In this document: one piece after another, positions 52,190-64,000 of the stretch
Numbering within the stretch: the stretch's first letter is position 1
Layout of the letters: each line of letters begins with the position of its first letter
Assembly (NCBI GenBank): GCA_002633005.1
Contig: NMRA01000093.1
Coordinates: 415,322 to 479,321 of the forward strand
Length of the DNA stretch: 64,000 bases
From: Phoronis australis
Taxonomy: Eukaryota; Animalia; Phoronida
Direction: 5' to 3'
Made by a program: the position numbers and the translations under genes
The notes under the pieces: model-generated
The model's input: only the letters and a program-made list of their open reading frames with translations
What the model was told of the DNA's origin: nothing
Databases searched by the model: none

Positions 52190-53343
52190 CCGTTATACTG
52201 GGCGAGATACATATTCGATTAAAGATGTGTCGATCGAATGTGGTCCTGGGGTGTCTGTGATCGAAAACAGTTGCTAAACATGATCTCGTTCCTAGTACTT
52301 GCGGATCTCGGATGTTCGGGGGGCGGGGGAGGGCAATCTAAAAATGGAATTCCGGTGACGGTTTTTGGTCGTGTCTTAGAAATGGAGGCGTAAAATTATT
52401 AGCCCTGTGTCTTGGCAGCTGTTGTTCTAACAATGCGGGCTGTTAGACTCTCGACCTGTGTACGAAATGCTTTAGTTGCATTACTACTGGTATTAAAATA
52501 TAAAACTGCCACAGGGCTGCTGATAACATGCAATACAAACGGGATGAAAATGAGAGATACGTGTATTGTTGGGAAAGATCTGTCCGCAACTGACTGTCAC
52601 TGTGTGGTTTCTCTGTTTAGGTGAACTAGCGAGTCACATACCAAGAGTCATCCGTGAATATTTGCTCATCGCGTATTAGGACAGTGCCTTGCAAAGATGG
52701 CATTCTGGTCTTGATTCTGTTCTAAGTTAAACCATAATAAGAGTTTTAAACTCGAACACTATTTAGAAATTGATGGTCTTCTAAGTTGGTTTTGCCATGG
52801 TTTGCATGTCTTCGCTGTGCAAACCACAAACTGACAGTAGAAAATGGCTGTCACTCACACGGGTGTACTGTGCTCACGGAATGGTATCGAGGTTGAACAT
52901 CACTAGTTCGCAACGCTTTCTCTGAAATCAGAGCTCAGTTTTTAAGTGAGAACATGTAGTATTTTTAACCTGACATCTCATGATCAGGTATGAAATACGT
53001 ATAATACACCTACAAAAAAGGAAACACAAGCGTTTTTGACTAGTGTGATTAGCGCTTGCTGTAGTTTGCACCGATGGTCATGCGTATAAATAAATCTTCG
53101 TTTATCAGGTATCATTCGAATCAGTACAATAAGAGAACTTTGAGCGCTTGACATAAATGTTGTTTTCAATCTTCCTCTTGGCGCACCTTGTAAAGATAGC
53201 GGATAGGAAGCCAGGCTTGAAGTGGGATCACAAAGTCCGCCGACCCCAAGTGGTCTTTGATCACAGTTTCATTTCGTGACTCCCGGCCGAGGGACGACAT
53301 CGCTCACTACTTTTCAAGTGTTTTCAGTTACAATTCACGAACA

Positions 53344-53383
53344 ATGCTTGCAGAAACGGTGATCGTAGCGTTCATTCTAACAG
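53344..53383 (+). CDS. MAM-mucin gene exon 1 (signal peptide)
   Basis: acaATG CTT GCA...ACA G|gtaaca; hydrophobic; phase 1 fits the next exon. Confidence 0.72.
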
Positions 53384-56300
53384 GTAACACTATCGAAAGA
53401 TGTTAATTCCTCATTTTGAGCTTGGTGAAAACTGGATTGTTGATAGTTTTGCTGTCACTCGCGAAGTCCCTGGTGATCAGATACTTTTGCTCGCTACTCA
53501 TAGAAATTGTACACACAGTTTTGATGCTTCCATTATACGTAAAGCTAAAATTTACTCAAGCGATTTTCATCGGTAAGAGTTCTGCTAAGCTCCAATAGTT
53601 CGATATCCCCTCCCTTGTAATGTCTGTATTACTTACAGAGGGGACCTGTGGGGATGACTTCGTGGTTGCCATAATCTTTACCAAAGGGCGCATTTTCCCG
53701 TCAAATTCCCTGCCAAAGATTCACGTGTGTGTTAAAAACTGAATGAAAGGTTCTGTCTTTTCATCGAATGTAACCCACGTGGGTTTATATTTCATTAAGC
53801 TTTAAAAAAGTTTCTTTGTTGATTTTATTTTAGCGATACATTGCAAATTGATAGGGTTACTACTATAATGAAAGATTATTTTTTATATAAGCTCCCTCTA
53901 CAAATGGATCGGGCCATTTGATCGCCGAAACACTCTCAAGGGGTGGGTTTTCGTCGTATCCAAATTTCATGTGGACACATCCGCCTATGCCAAACCCGGA
54001 TATAGTTCAGTAACGCTAAGACCTCACGAGATTACATGATATATTGCCATGTATTCTAAATGAGAACATGTGATTTTGGCTAGACTTAGCGAGGTCCTAG
54101 CGTAACTGAACTCTACCCTGCAATAACTGTATTGCTGTTTCTCATTCTCGTTTGCGAGGGAAAATTTTGTGGAGCCAGCGAAATTGATACTGGCTCTTAT
54201 TTGCGGTAATTTCATGTACTATTCTGGAACTGCTTATTGTCGGAGCTCGTTTGTCTGTTCTTGCAGACCCAGGTCTCACTTTAAAATAGGCTATTTCTTG
54301 AATGGTACATTTTTAACATGAATTTCAACTCTTAATGATGCTACTGGGTAAAACATTCATCGTCTTAATCCTGTAAACTAAACACTTCTGCAGAATTCTC
54401 CCACCAGTCGATACGTGTCTTGTTTAGATAAAAGTCCCAAGAAACTCTAATCTCAGGCGTTTTTTTTTCTGACATCACTTAAACGTTCGAAGAATAATTA
54501 TCAAAGGTAACCAGAATTTATTGAATGTATAATGTATAATTTCCAAAGTAACAATGATAGTCGATTGTATTGAATTATTCGAAAAAACAATAACTTTTGA
54601 GAGACAAGTGACACAATTCTAGGAGACAGAATATCCTGATTATCTGTACGACATAAATGCATGGCATCAATAATCAATATCTTGAAAATTAGCAGAACGA
54701 AAAGATTTTTCTGATGACACTAAATTCGACCTAGTTGAGCAGGATTGGCTTTTTTCCAGTCTACCGAAATATGTTATCTCCAGGTTGGGGATTGGTTCAA
54801 AATTTAGTGTTATCTTTGTTACTTTCAGGGAGTGCCCTCGTCAGCGCCCAAGGGTTGCAGTGCGATTTCGAAACTTCCATGTGCGGCCTCACCTCGGATA
54901 AGCACTATAGCGCCGACTGGCAACGTGTGATGGCAAACCAAACTAGTATCCCAACAACAGGCCTCCCAAAACCAAATGGTAAACACGACAGAGCAAACGA
55001 AGTTCATTGCAATAAAACATTTCATTACAATTTTATATCTTCAGAGATCAGTGTGTAGTGATCTGCTTATGAATTACCGGATGTAAATATTTTCAAGACA
55101 AAATGATAAAAGATAAAAATCATTCAAATACAGTAAGTGTAGGTCACAATTCTTTGATGCAAAATTCATCTCAGTTCAAACGTGCCTAGCACATACATGT
55201 AACGTTTCTCTGTGCAAGAATGTCATTTTCACATTTCAAGAATCGCTTAAAACCTTTCTCAAACGGATTTTTATTATGCATATATTAGACTATCCAGATA
55301 GTTTTAACAATGATTTAGCAACTTAAAAGATTTAAGCAGTCAAACCCAGGAAAGTCAAAAGGCAGGCTAAGTTGCCTTTTCGCGCCATATTGCGTCACCG
55401 CGAGAAAACAACCAACACTGAACGGCTAATAGCTGTATCATAGACATCTTAATACTGTGATGTCTATGAGCTGTAGTTTCCGTCGGCTGCATGGTAGTTT
55501 ACATTCTCAGGTACCCGCGGAAGAATTTGTATGACTGTTAACTTAATAGCACCAATGTGCGGGTGTTGTTAGTATGAAGCGCCAAATGGTTCTTAGACAA
55601 GTACCTTTCTGCGCGTAGAAATGTGCTTAGTCAACGCGTACATTTGCTTAATCAACGCGTACTTTTAGTTCTGCTCTTATTCAACGCATAATTTTGATTA
55701 ATCAACGCGTAGTTTTACCTAATGAACGAGTAGTTTTAATCAATTCATATAGCCCAATCAAACCCGTGCTCTCAAATCTCAAAATAGTGGAAGACTTTCT
55801 ACATGGGTGCAAGGAAACTTTTGAATAATGTTGCATATTCTTATCAAGTGACCACGTGAATGATGGCTCCGTTAGATAGTGAATGTAAGCTTGTCTTTGA
55901 TTGGACACAACGAATGACTAATTCAGCGCGCTGATTAAGTAAAATTTCGCGTTGATTAAGCGAAAGTGCGCTTTGAATAAGAGCAGAACTATCATTGTTT
56001 AAGAACTAAAAGTACGCGTTGACTGAGCAAAAGTACGCAACGATTAATAAAAACTACGCGCTAATTAAGCAAAACTACGCGTTGATTAAGCACATTTCAA
56101 CGCGCAGAAAGATACTCGTTTAAGAACCCTTTGGCGCTTCATACTTTGTAAGTGTTTAAGTTATCCTAGGGCTAATATGACATTACACTAAAAAATTAAG
56201 TGAGGATTCTCGCAGTGACGTAGACGACAGCCAGACAATAACCCTAACCGTTTATAAAATTTGACAATATATGACTCAGTAAAGTCAGACTGATGGTTCT

Positions 56301-57811
56301 GACAGATGGTGCTAACATACACGTATCACTGCTCAAGGTAGGTTTTAAGGTTTTAAATGGAAAATGTCACAAAAATCTTGGCACCTGATTGTCTCGTTTA
56401 TTCGCAAAATCTTGATGAGAGAGAATCTGAGGACGAAAAACACTGAGTAAGTTGAAAAAACGAAAGATCTTGCCGAAGACGATTTCGGAAAAGCAATATT
56501 CTTAGTGGTTTAAATTTTCCCATCCGTGATTGTTCAGGACATGACTTTGTAAAACGTGTCGAAGTCAGTAAACTTGGAAAATTGCCTAGGTCAGCCCCTT
56601 GCTCAGCCGTCACGATAGTCAATATTGTTCTTACGATGTAAAAAAACAGCTAAATTTCGGCCGAGGTTGGTTTGGAACAACGAGCTCATTTTCGTCGGTC
56701 ACAGTGGAGAAATACTCACAGTACCCGTAGTAAGAGTTGTACACGGTTGTGATCTTATTCATACAAAGCATCATTCACGAGTAACGCTCTCTGTTTTTAA
56801 AGTTATAATCCATATCGGATTTATAACTTCGATAACATCTGACATTTGGCATCTTTAATTTTGTTGAATTCGCCAGTTAGGTACAAACTGACGACGACAA
56901 CAGTATTACAATTTTAATTTACGAAGTCGTTTTGAATATTTCCAGGTCATTTTCTACTGTTGAAGCCTCATCTAAGTGAGAAACTTCCACAATACGAAGG
57001 TGTAATTCGGACACCAGCCATGACAATTGGAGCTAACTGGTGCCTGAGCCTGTACTACTATATAAATTCTCCAACCGGAGTGAAGGAAGGCGATGTGGTT
57101 TTCAGTGTTCTACAAAACAGCCAGGAAATTCCTTTGTTTCAGGTAGAGGATTTAAAGTCTTCGTGGCAGTCTAAAAAAGTTGATTTACTTAACCTCTCCA
57201 ACCAAACATTGTTCATCGATGCCTTGATAATGAATGACACTATATCTATTGCGTTTGACGAGCTGAATATTGGGCCTTGCAGTACGCCTGCGCCACCTCC
57301 GGCAACAACTACAGTTATCAATGTCACAGCATCAAACATAAATGAATCTTCCTCGGTGGCGCCCAACACAACTCTCACTAATCCACTCACAACTGTTGCG
57401 CCTACTACACAAACGGTGCCCGTGACAACAGCAACAACAATGAATATGACGTCTACGCAAACCACTCCGGTGACGTCACCTTCCAATACTACCTCTCCCA
57501 ATGCAACAGTTACCTCTCCTGACATGTCTACAGCAACTAGCCCGGAAATGACGAACGGCACTACAAGTCAGATGACCCAAACCACCCGTAATGCCACTAC
57601 GACTGCATTCACCAACAACACTGCTACTGCACCACCAAAACCTACACCGTCCAACAATACTGGTGTGACAACGGCTGCGAGTGGGAATTGGACTACTGAA
57701 GAACGGACGACGACACCGGCAAAAGAACAAACGACAGCTTCCGGAACATCTTCCGTTGGAGTAAATTTGATTTTGGCGACCTTGGCATGGATTTTGTTGC
57801 CGCAGTATTAA
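53344..57811 (+). CDS. Secreted, probably GPI-anchored MAM-domain mucin-like protein; 3 coding exons (53344-53383, 54829-54978, 56946-57811), 351 aa
   Basis: Two phase-1 GT-AG introns give signal peptide MLAETVIVAFILTGSALVSA, a MAM domain (CDFETSMCG; GHFLLL; WCLSLYYY; WQSKKVDL; IAFDELNIGPC; four Cys), a Thr/Pro-rich stalk and hydrophobic C-terminus VNLILATLAWILLPQY. Confidence 0.88.
54829..54978 (+). CDS. MAM-mucin gene exon 2
   Basis: tttcag|GG SALVSAQGLQCDFETSMCG...PN G|gtaaac. Confidence 0.87.
55571..56145. mobile_element. Foldback-like MITE with long TIRs in MAM gene intron 2
   Basis: AGTATGAAGCGCCAAA / TTTGGCGCTTCATACT; arms built of ~22-bp ttaatcaacgcgta subrepeats. Confidence 0.85.
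56946..57811 (+). CDS. MAM-mucin gene exon 3 (terminal)
   Basis: ttccag|GT HFLLLKPH...PQY TAA; 283-aa ORF in track. Confidence 0.9.
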
Positions 57812-58025
57812 AGACTGAATATTCGTCATAGATTTTCTATACAGTTTTGCAGGAAGGCCTGTCTACACTTAGTGTGACCGCAACCGTCGACTTGTTTTTT
57901 TTAATAATTATTAAAATGCATGTTAACTGACTTGAAAGATTGCCACCGGCCACAGTTACTGTAAAAGTGGAACCAGTTTATTAATGCATTATGAGTAACT
58001 TGAAACAATGTATAAGTTCATTGCG

Positions 58026-58031
58026 AATAAA
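58026..58031 (+). terminator. Candidate polyadenylation signal of the MAM-mucin gene
   Basis: AATAAA about 215 nt after the stop, following an AT-rich 3' UTR. Confidence 0.5.
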
Positions 58032-58135
58032 TACAAATCATCTAATGATAAATCATTTAGTAAACACCGTGACCAAAGCAACAGGATTGAACCGAACAGT
58101 CAAAACGTGATTGAAGCAGCCATGAACCTTTGTTC

Positions 58136-58274
58136 CGTCCAATGAGCGAACATCTAACGAACTGTCCAATGAGCGAACATCTAACGAACTGTCCAATGAG
58201 CGAACATCTAACGAACTGTCCAATGAGCGAACATCTAACAGACTGTCCAATGAGCGAACATCTAACGAACTGTC
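58136..58274. repeat. 27-bp minisatellite, 5 copies
   Basis: gtccaatgagcgaacatctaacgaact. Confidence 0.95.
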
Positions 58275-59121
58275 AGTTCTTTCGAAGTTCGGATATCACC
58301 TCTAGTTTGACTAAACAATAATTTGAGACCAATTTAATAACGTTACGTGTTCCCTGGTGGCAGCCGGGTTGATAACCGCTTTAAAAACATATCCGAGACT
58401 CATAAAAATCTTGACATTTTGGCGGGGAGTAATCCCCTTCCACCGTCTCTGTATACTGTTCAGGAGTCCAATTTTGCTGGCAATTTATTTTCGGGAAACC
58501 TAAAAGTTGTCTGCAGTACAACTGGTTTTTACTTTTCCTTTACATAAGTACGCCATTGTATCGTCAGTAACTGGTCGGATATACATTCCGACGTACACCA
58601 GTTGTTCCTCAACTTCTCCAGTACGACGTCATCGGTGTTATTTGATCAAAACCTTTTACAGAAATGGTTCTCTTTGTGCCAGGGGACTCGGGACTGCATT
58701 AACTTGTGCGAGGGCTTGCCGACCTGTGCAACATCGGGTTATCAAAAATAACCCCAAGTTACTATTTACGCTGTTGATATCTGTTTTTGTTTTCGGCTAC
58801 TTTCCTCACTCGTATATACTGATAATCGAGACTTCCTAGTGTTTTTCCTGGGCAGGTGTTTTATACGCAACTGCCGTAGTGATTTGAGAGATAATGCGAT
58901 ACGAAATTCAAAAATTGGAAAGACATTACACCCTTGAAAAGTTTGTCTGAGGAAGAACGTCAATTTGCACAACCATAATTTTTCTTAAGTTGCCCAAAAT
59001 AATGCCTTCGACCGGCATTGTTTAAAACAAATTTCCATTTGACTGGCCGTTAGTGAACAACCCTGTGTTATGTTATTTTAAAGATTATTGCATCCACTTC
59101 AATGACATTTTGTAACACCTA

Positions 59122-60331
59122 TTAAGGGCACGCTCCCTACCAATTGGCACAAATTTCAAAGCTAGGACTCACAAAATGTCCTGATTTCCACGACCTGTTG
59201 TTTGCAAGTTGTTCGGGATCCGAAGCAGGCCGAGCCGGTCTCGCCACCTGGTGATTGGCGGATATTTTGCGATGTGCATTTTCAATGGCATCTATTTAAG
59301 TATGTTTTAATAGACTTAGCCAACAAAATTTTTAAACCTTTAATCATTATATTTGGAACGAGTTATTCAACAATATTGTGAAGCTTGCTTCATGTGGTGT
59401 ATAAAAGATATGATTTGCAAGAATTGTCAAAATTGATAATAATATCACTAAACGTTAATCTTGATTACAAGTGAGAAATTGCGTGATCTTATATTACAAT
59501 TCTGTACAACAAAGTTAAATCACAGACGTCTTTTTATTACACCTACTTCCTAAGTCAACACGGTTCGTTACCTTACTTGTCAAGGAGTTTACTATAGTCA
59601 AGTTGGAGAATCTGTCACCGCGGGTCTCGGTGAAAAAATCGACACTATTTTAATGTACAAGTTGGTCCAAGTTAAGCAATACCAGTGCGCCAATGAAAAC
59701 TTTCATTCGCCAATGATGACAGGTGCGGCTCTAAAAATTATCCCTGGATCGACACTTGTAATGAAGAGGTAGAAAATACCCAGGGATGGTAATGACATAA
59801 CCACAGGGGCATGGCCACCGGTCATAACAAAAAATCTTTAGGGGCATGTAAAAACGAGGGCCCGAAAAAATCTCATCACCGCAGCACTGTTTGTCAATGG
59901 CCAGGGAAACTAGCAACCAAAATTTGCGATGATGGAAGTGGCTCAACACGCGTGTGGCACCCTTAGTTTTTTCCTGTTTTGCACTCCTCACATGTACCCC
60001 CTGTGTCAACACCCTTTTGGCGCCCATCTGGTTTTTATCTGTTTTGCATTCCTCCCACGTATCATCCTCCCGCTGGCACCTGCCCCAGGAGTGATCACTA
60101 AAATTGTGTAGTCCGTGGAGGTATTAAATGTAATTAGGAACGGTAATTTGCCTTATTAAAAACTGAACTATGGACCAAATGGGAGCTTCAGGAGGATGAA
60201 ACTGTAAAAATATTACTTTAATATTGACTAAAACGCACATTTTCATTCTCATTTGATTATAAGTGGATGTAATACGTATTTTACCCATTTTTAATCACAC
60301 ACTAATTTTATTGCACGTCGAACGTCCTTAA
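59122..60331. mobile_element. Possible TTAA-flanked (Kolobok-like) non-autonomous element
   Basis: ttaaGGGCACGCTC ... GAACGTCCttaa; TIR short and imperfect. Confidence 0.35.
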
Positions 60332-60886
60332 AGTATGAATTTATCGATGTTTATGTTTAAAGTATGAATTTATCAATAACCATTGCGTCAAATGGCAAGG
60401 TGGCGAAGTAGGTCATCCTATTGTGTCATTACGAGAATCTGTTATTGTATTACATTCCTTGGTCAGATGCGGTATTTTCAGGCGAAAAAAAACATAACAT
60501 TATATTATCTTGTAGTATCGGGCCTTAAAAAGCACTGCCAATCGGCCATTTTTGCTTTTCTCTTGAATTTTCCTTTGCCGAACTATTTTTAGGCGGACTC
60601 ACGAAGTCGTCGATTTTCACGACGTGTTGTTTGACAGTTCTCGGTTTGAGTAAACGCGTGAGCAAAAGGGTCTCGTCACGTAAAGGCTGATGAATGTGAA
60701 AGCACTGAGTACCCCTTGTAGGGTTGAATATGCTTCATACCTCACAATATTCGAGGCAGACAGCTTAACAAAGTGAAAAGGATGCACATGTATGATGCTC
60801 TGGCCTGACCTGAGATTTCCCTTTGTGCTCAAATGTTATTGGTAAACCAAGAGACTAAGAATTCTATCGCCTAGAGGCTCACAATA

Positions 60887-61287
60887 CAGGGTGTCCCTGC
60901 AAACCTGACTTTTGATCAAAATTCAACAAAACTTATTTCAGTGTTTTACACAAAATGTCCATAAAGGCATTCCGCAACTTGTCGCAGCAGATTTTCTGGG
61001 AGTCAACTAGGAAGGAAGGTCCCGAGGTTACCTGAGGTTCAATATGGGACACAGGGGCTTTGTTTCGTCATTTGTTGAAGAAAGATTCTTGTTTTTGAAG
61101 CATTTTCCAGAGTGAAAGATTTACCGTGGTGCAACATAACCAGGTTGGAACATTTGCCAAAGTGAAACGAATAGTTTTCCAATTCTTGGCCAGTGTAAAT
61201 ATGTGTAAAATTCGGTAGTTAATTTCTTCTGATTATGAAAATGGTGATTAAATTATGTGGTTCAGTTTAATTTTTCGAGACACCTTG
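60887..61287. mobile_element. Tc1/mariner-type MITE
   Basis: ta|CAGGGTGTCCC ... GAGACACCTTG|ta. Confidence 0.65.
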
Positions 61288-61703
61288 TATGTGTTATAAG
61301 AAAACTTGAAATCTTTAACGGTGGTAAAAGGCGTAATTGGTTCTAGAGGATTTGACTCACAGACCTTTCCTAAAGCTAGCTAGTTCAAAATGAAGACTTT
61401 GGTGAGTATAGTCCTTGTATTAATGACGGTATTCGAAGCACAAATCCCAGTGGTATTACTAATAGTTGTAGGAATAGCATTTATTACTAGACATTTTAAT
61501 GTAAATGTCATGTTAATCGGAGAGTTGGTTGTTTGCTTGATTTAACATCGATTGACCAGGATTTCAGTGTTATGTACACAATGTAACACGCCACAAACTG
61601 ATAGAGGCAGACAAACATACAAACTAAAATAAAGATGGCAGTATGACTAAGGCCAGAACTAAGCTAAAAAGAGCAACGAGAAGCGTTGACGTGTGCCTAC
61701 TGT

Positions 61704-61849
61704 CATGAGCGGCGCACCACAGGGGGCTGGGGGGCTATAGCCCCCCCCCCCACCTTTTTCAGCGCTACGCCGAACATGGTCTATAGGCGATGCACCACAG
61801 GGTGGCTGAGGGGGCTTTAGCCTCCCACTTTCGTGCTGCGCCGCCCATG
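61704..61849. mobile_element. 146-bp MITE family B with perfect 5-bp TSD ACTGT
   Basis: actgt|CATGAGCGGCGCA...TGCGCCGCCCATG|actgt; internal duplicated gcaccacaggg.ggctg.gggg motif. Confidence 0.8.
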
Positions 61850-62929
61850 ACTGTGCGCCGCAAACGGAATAAGGGGTGCGTCTCAGTTTCATATAATATA
61901 ATCAGTGGCGGATCTACGTTTTCAGTAAGGGGGGGTTTAGGATTCCCGCAAAGGTCGAATCCTAGGCGCGTGGCGCCGAGCGGGGGGGAAACCCCCCTCC
62001 CGTGTTAAGACATTTTTTGTTTTTGTAGCCAAATAGTGAAATTTCCATGCATCCAAGTTTCTGGCAGTTTTTCTTAAGATAATTTAAAACCCTTCTCGAT
62101 TTCGTCACATGAACTTGGCTCATAAGTTTCGTGAAACTATATTGTGCACATCTGGGTATGAGTCACGCAACCAGCAAAAATTTTTTTGGAACATCTGCTT
62201 ACACACACCTTGTTTAGCATACGAAAAGTCATATACGAAATAGTGCGGTGTGTATACAGGGGTTTAGACAGCTTCCAAATATTCAAGAGCATAAGGAGCA
62301 CCGACGGGGCGTAAAAACTTGAATATCAGATGATCGCGTAACAGCAGCCTCAAGTTGTTTAAGAACGTAGACCTGTACTGTTAGTCCGAAATAAACATGT
62401 GTTCTGTCTCGTTACGAGAAAAACTGGCGAACGATGGTGCTCTCAGCTCATAGTCTATTATTAAAAGCGACAATAAATAATTATCACTTTATTAAGCTGA
62501 ATCACGTTGACAACAATTGAAAAACGTCAAATGTAACAGGAAACAAATCATCTGAAAACAGGTTCACGAAACCAAAACATCCTGTGCACAGTGGTGAAAA
62601 GATTGGACCAGTTTGCAGAGGGACCAGATGTACACTGAGAGTATACAAAAAGGCTGACCTGGTCCGTCACGAGACTAAGAGTACACCTGTGCTTATTATC
62701 CCTATAAAAATAGTCGATCTGTCGCGGGACCAAACAGGCTGAGATAAATAGTTTTACAAAGCACACGTTGGTAAAAAAATCACAAGACTAGTTCGCCGAG
62801 GGACCAGAAGTACACTGAAACCCAATATCTACACAAATCAAGCTGGCCTGGTCCGTCGCGAGACCTAAAGTGTACTATGCAAAAAAATTTTGAATTGCAA
62901 ACTTCTCTCTGGACACTTTTTAATCCCCA

Positions 62930-63400
62930 GTGGTTACTCATACGTTAGTCCTATCCTTCTGTTGTCTAGACTGCCGAGGAGTCTGTATATGGGATCCAAT
63001 GGTTTGCTCGTTTTGGAACCATTCTACCCAGATATCTTCGATGTTTGTTCCCAACGTTTGCACTTCATCAACTGCTGTGTCAATGAGCTTGTAAGCCTCT
63101 ACAATGCCAGCATCGCGTTTCGCAGCTCAGTTGGCACTAAGATCCTTGAGGTTGCCACGTCCATTCAAAAGACTTACATGCGCAACTAAATTTGATCCGT
63201 TCATCATGGACTACTCCAAACCTTGACGATGTATCCCAGGACCTATTTGCATCTCTTGCAATTTTCGAAATAAACGTCCAATGTTTGAACGCTTGAAACC
63301 CGGAGTACTAACATCAAATAAATGCCCATGGGCATGAGCGTTTCATCGGGTGGGCCTTTCTGCGGAAATTCCCAGCATAGAAGACGGCAGTGTGCTTATT
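62930..63400 (-). pseudogene. Degenerate hAT transposase fragment (PRKRIR/ZMYM1/Tip100-like)
   Basis: Manual translation LKDLSAN*AAKRDAGIVEAYKLIDTAVDEVQTLGTNIEDIWVEWF...PRQSRQQKDRTNV resembles the hAT L..LS..LQK.D.DI..A...PR...RQ..R.NV region; stops and frameshifts. Confidence 0.55.
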
Positions 63401-64000
63401 GCAGGTAAAAAGACGGTAGCTGTTGAGGTCGGAACTAGGGCTCCTTAGGAGGCCTATTGAACATCGTACGAGTCCCGCAAGACTTTGTTGTGAAAGAACG
63501 GCCTGCCCGCAATTTCTGGTACACTGCTCGCGAATCCGGTCACTTTGTCAATGTGAGTGCCCCCTTGGTCATTCCTTGTATAGACATATCTTGTTAGAGT
63601 GTATCTTCAAACGGACTCGCGACCGCATCACGACGCTCGCCACAATAGCATTTCTTCGGAAAAAGAATTGTTTTCAAAAATATTACATGTACATATACAC
63701 TGTATGATATTGCGCAAGACAACTTTACTATGCATCAGTCAAGTTCGAGTTACAAACGTGTGGAGTGTAACAGAATGACAAGGCATGACAGTTGAGGTAA
63801 AAACGTTGCACGTCAACTCGCCTGAATATCAGGGTTGCGGCACCACAGTATTTCCCCTAATCAAATCAAAACATATCTTAGAGTAAAGAAGCTAGTTACC
63901 TGAATAAATCAGCTATAGAACTGCTCTTTCAGCGGTGGATTCATTTAAAATGCTTGGCTACTTCAGAAGTATCGACGGAAATGCCCGCACAATTTATCTC

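Noticed and set aside
57139-57829. Antisense ORFs of 140 and 117 aa
   Set aside because: Shadow frames of the Thr-rich MAM-mucin exon.

Overview
Eukaryotic, repeat-rich animal genomic DNA, probably a marine invertebrate (inferred from the repeat types only). Single-n joins indicate a draft assembly. Two host genes could be reconstructed by hand with GT-AG introns in consistent phase. (1) A minus-strand, 14-coding-exon gene at 26541-45143 (about 1190 aa; N-terminus uncertain) that is collinear with CTC1, the large OB-fold subunit of the CST telomere complex. (2) A plus-strand 3-exon gene at 53344-57811 (351 aa) encoding signal peptide + MAM domain + Thr-rich mucin stalk + GPI-like tail. The rest is decayed mobile DNA (L1/Tx1, RNase H-bearing LOA/R1-type and other LINEs, DIRS, Gypsy, hAT, a Helentron/HINE-like element, many MITEs) and minisatellites. 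The most notable structure is a 4.27-kb composite unit (13267-17531) bounded by two direct copies of a ~140-bp MITE and inserted into a LINE ORF with a perfect 5-bp target duplication. The second is a 49-bp tandem triplication of a CTC1 splice acceptor in which only one copy keeps the frame. I found no evidence for a novel multi-gene system; all family assignments are from recalled motifs, not database searches.
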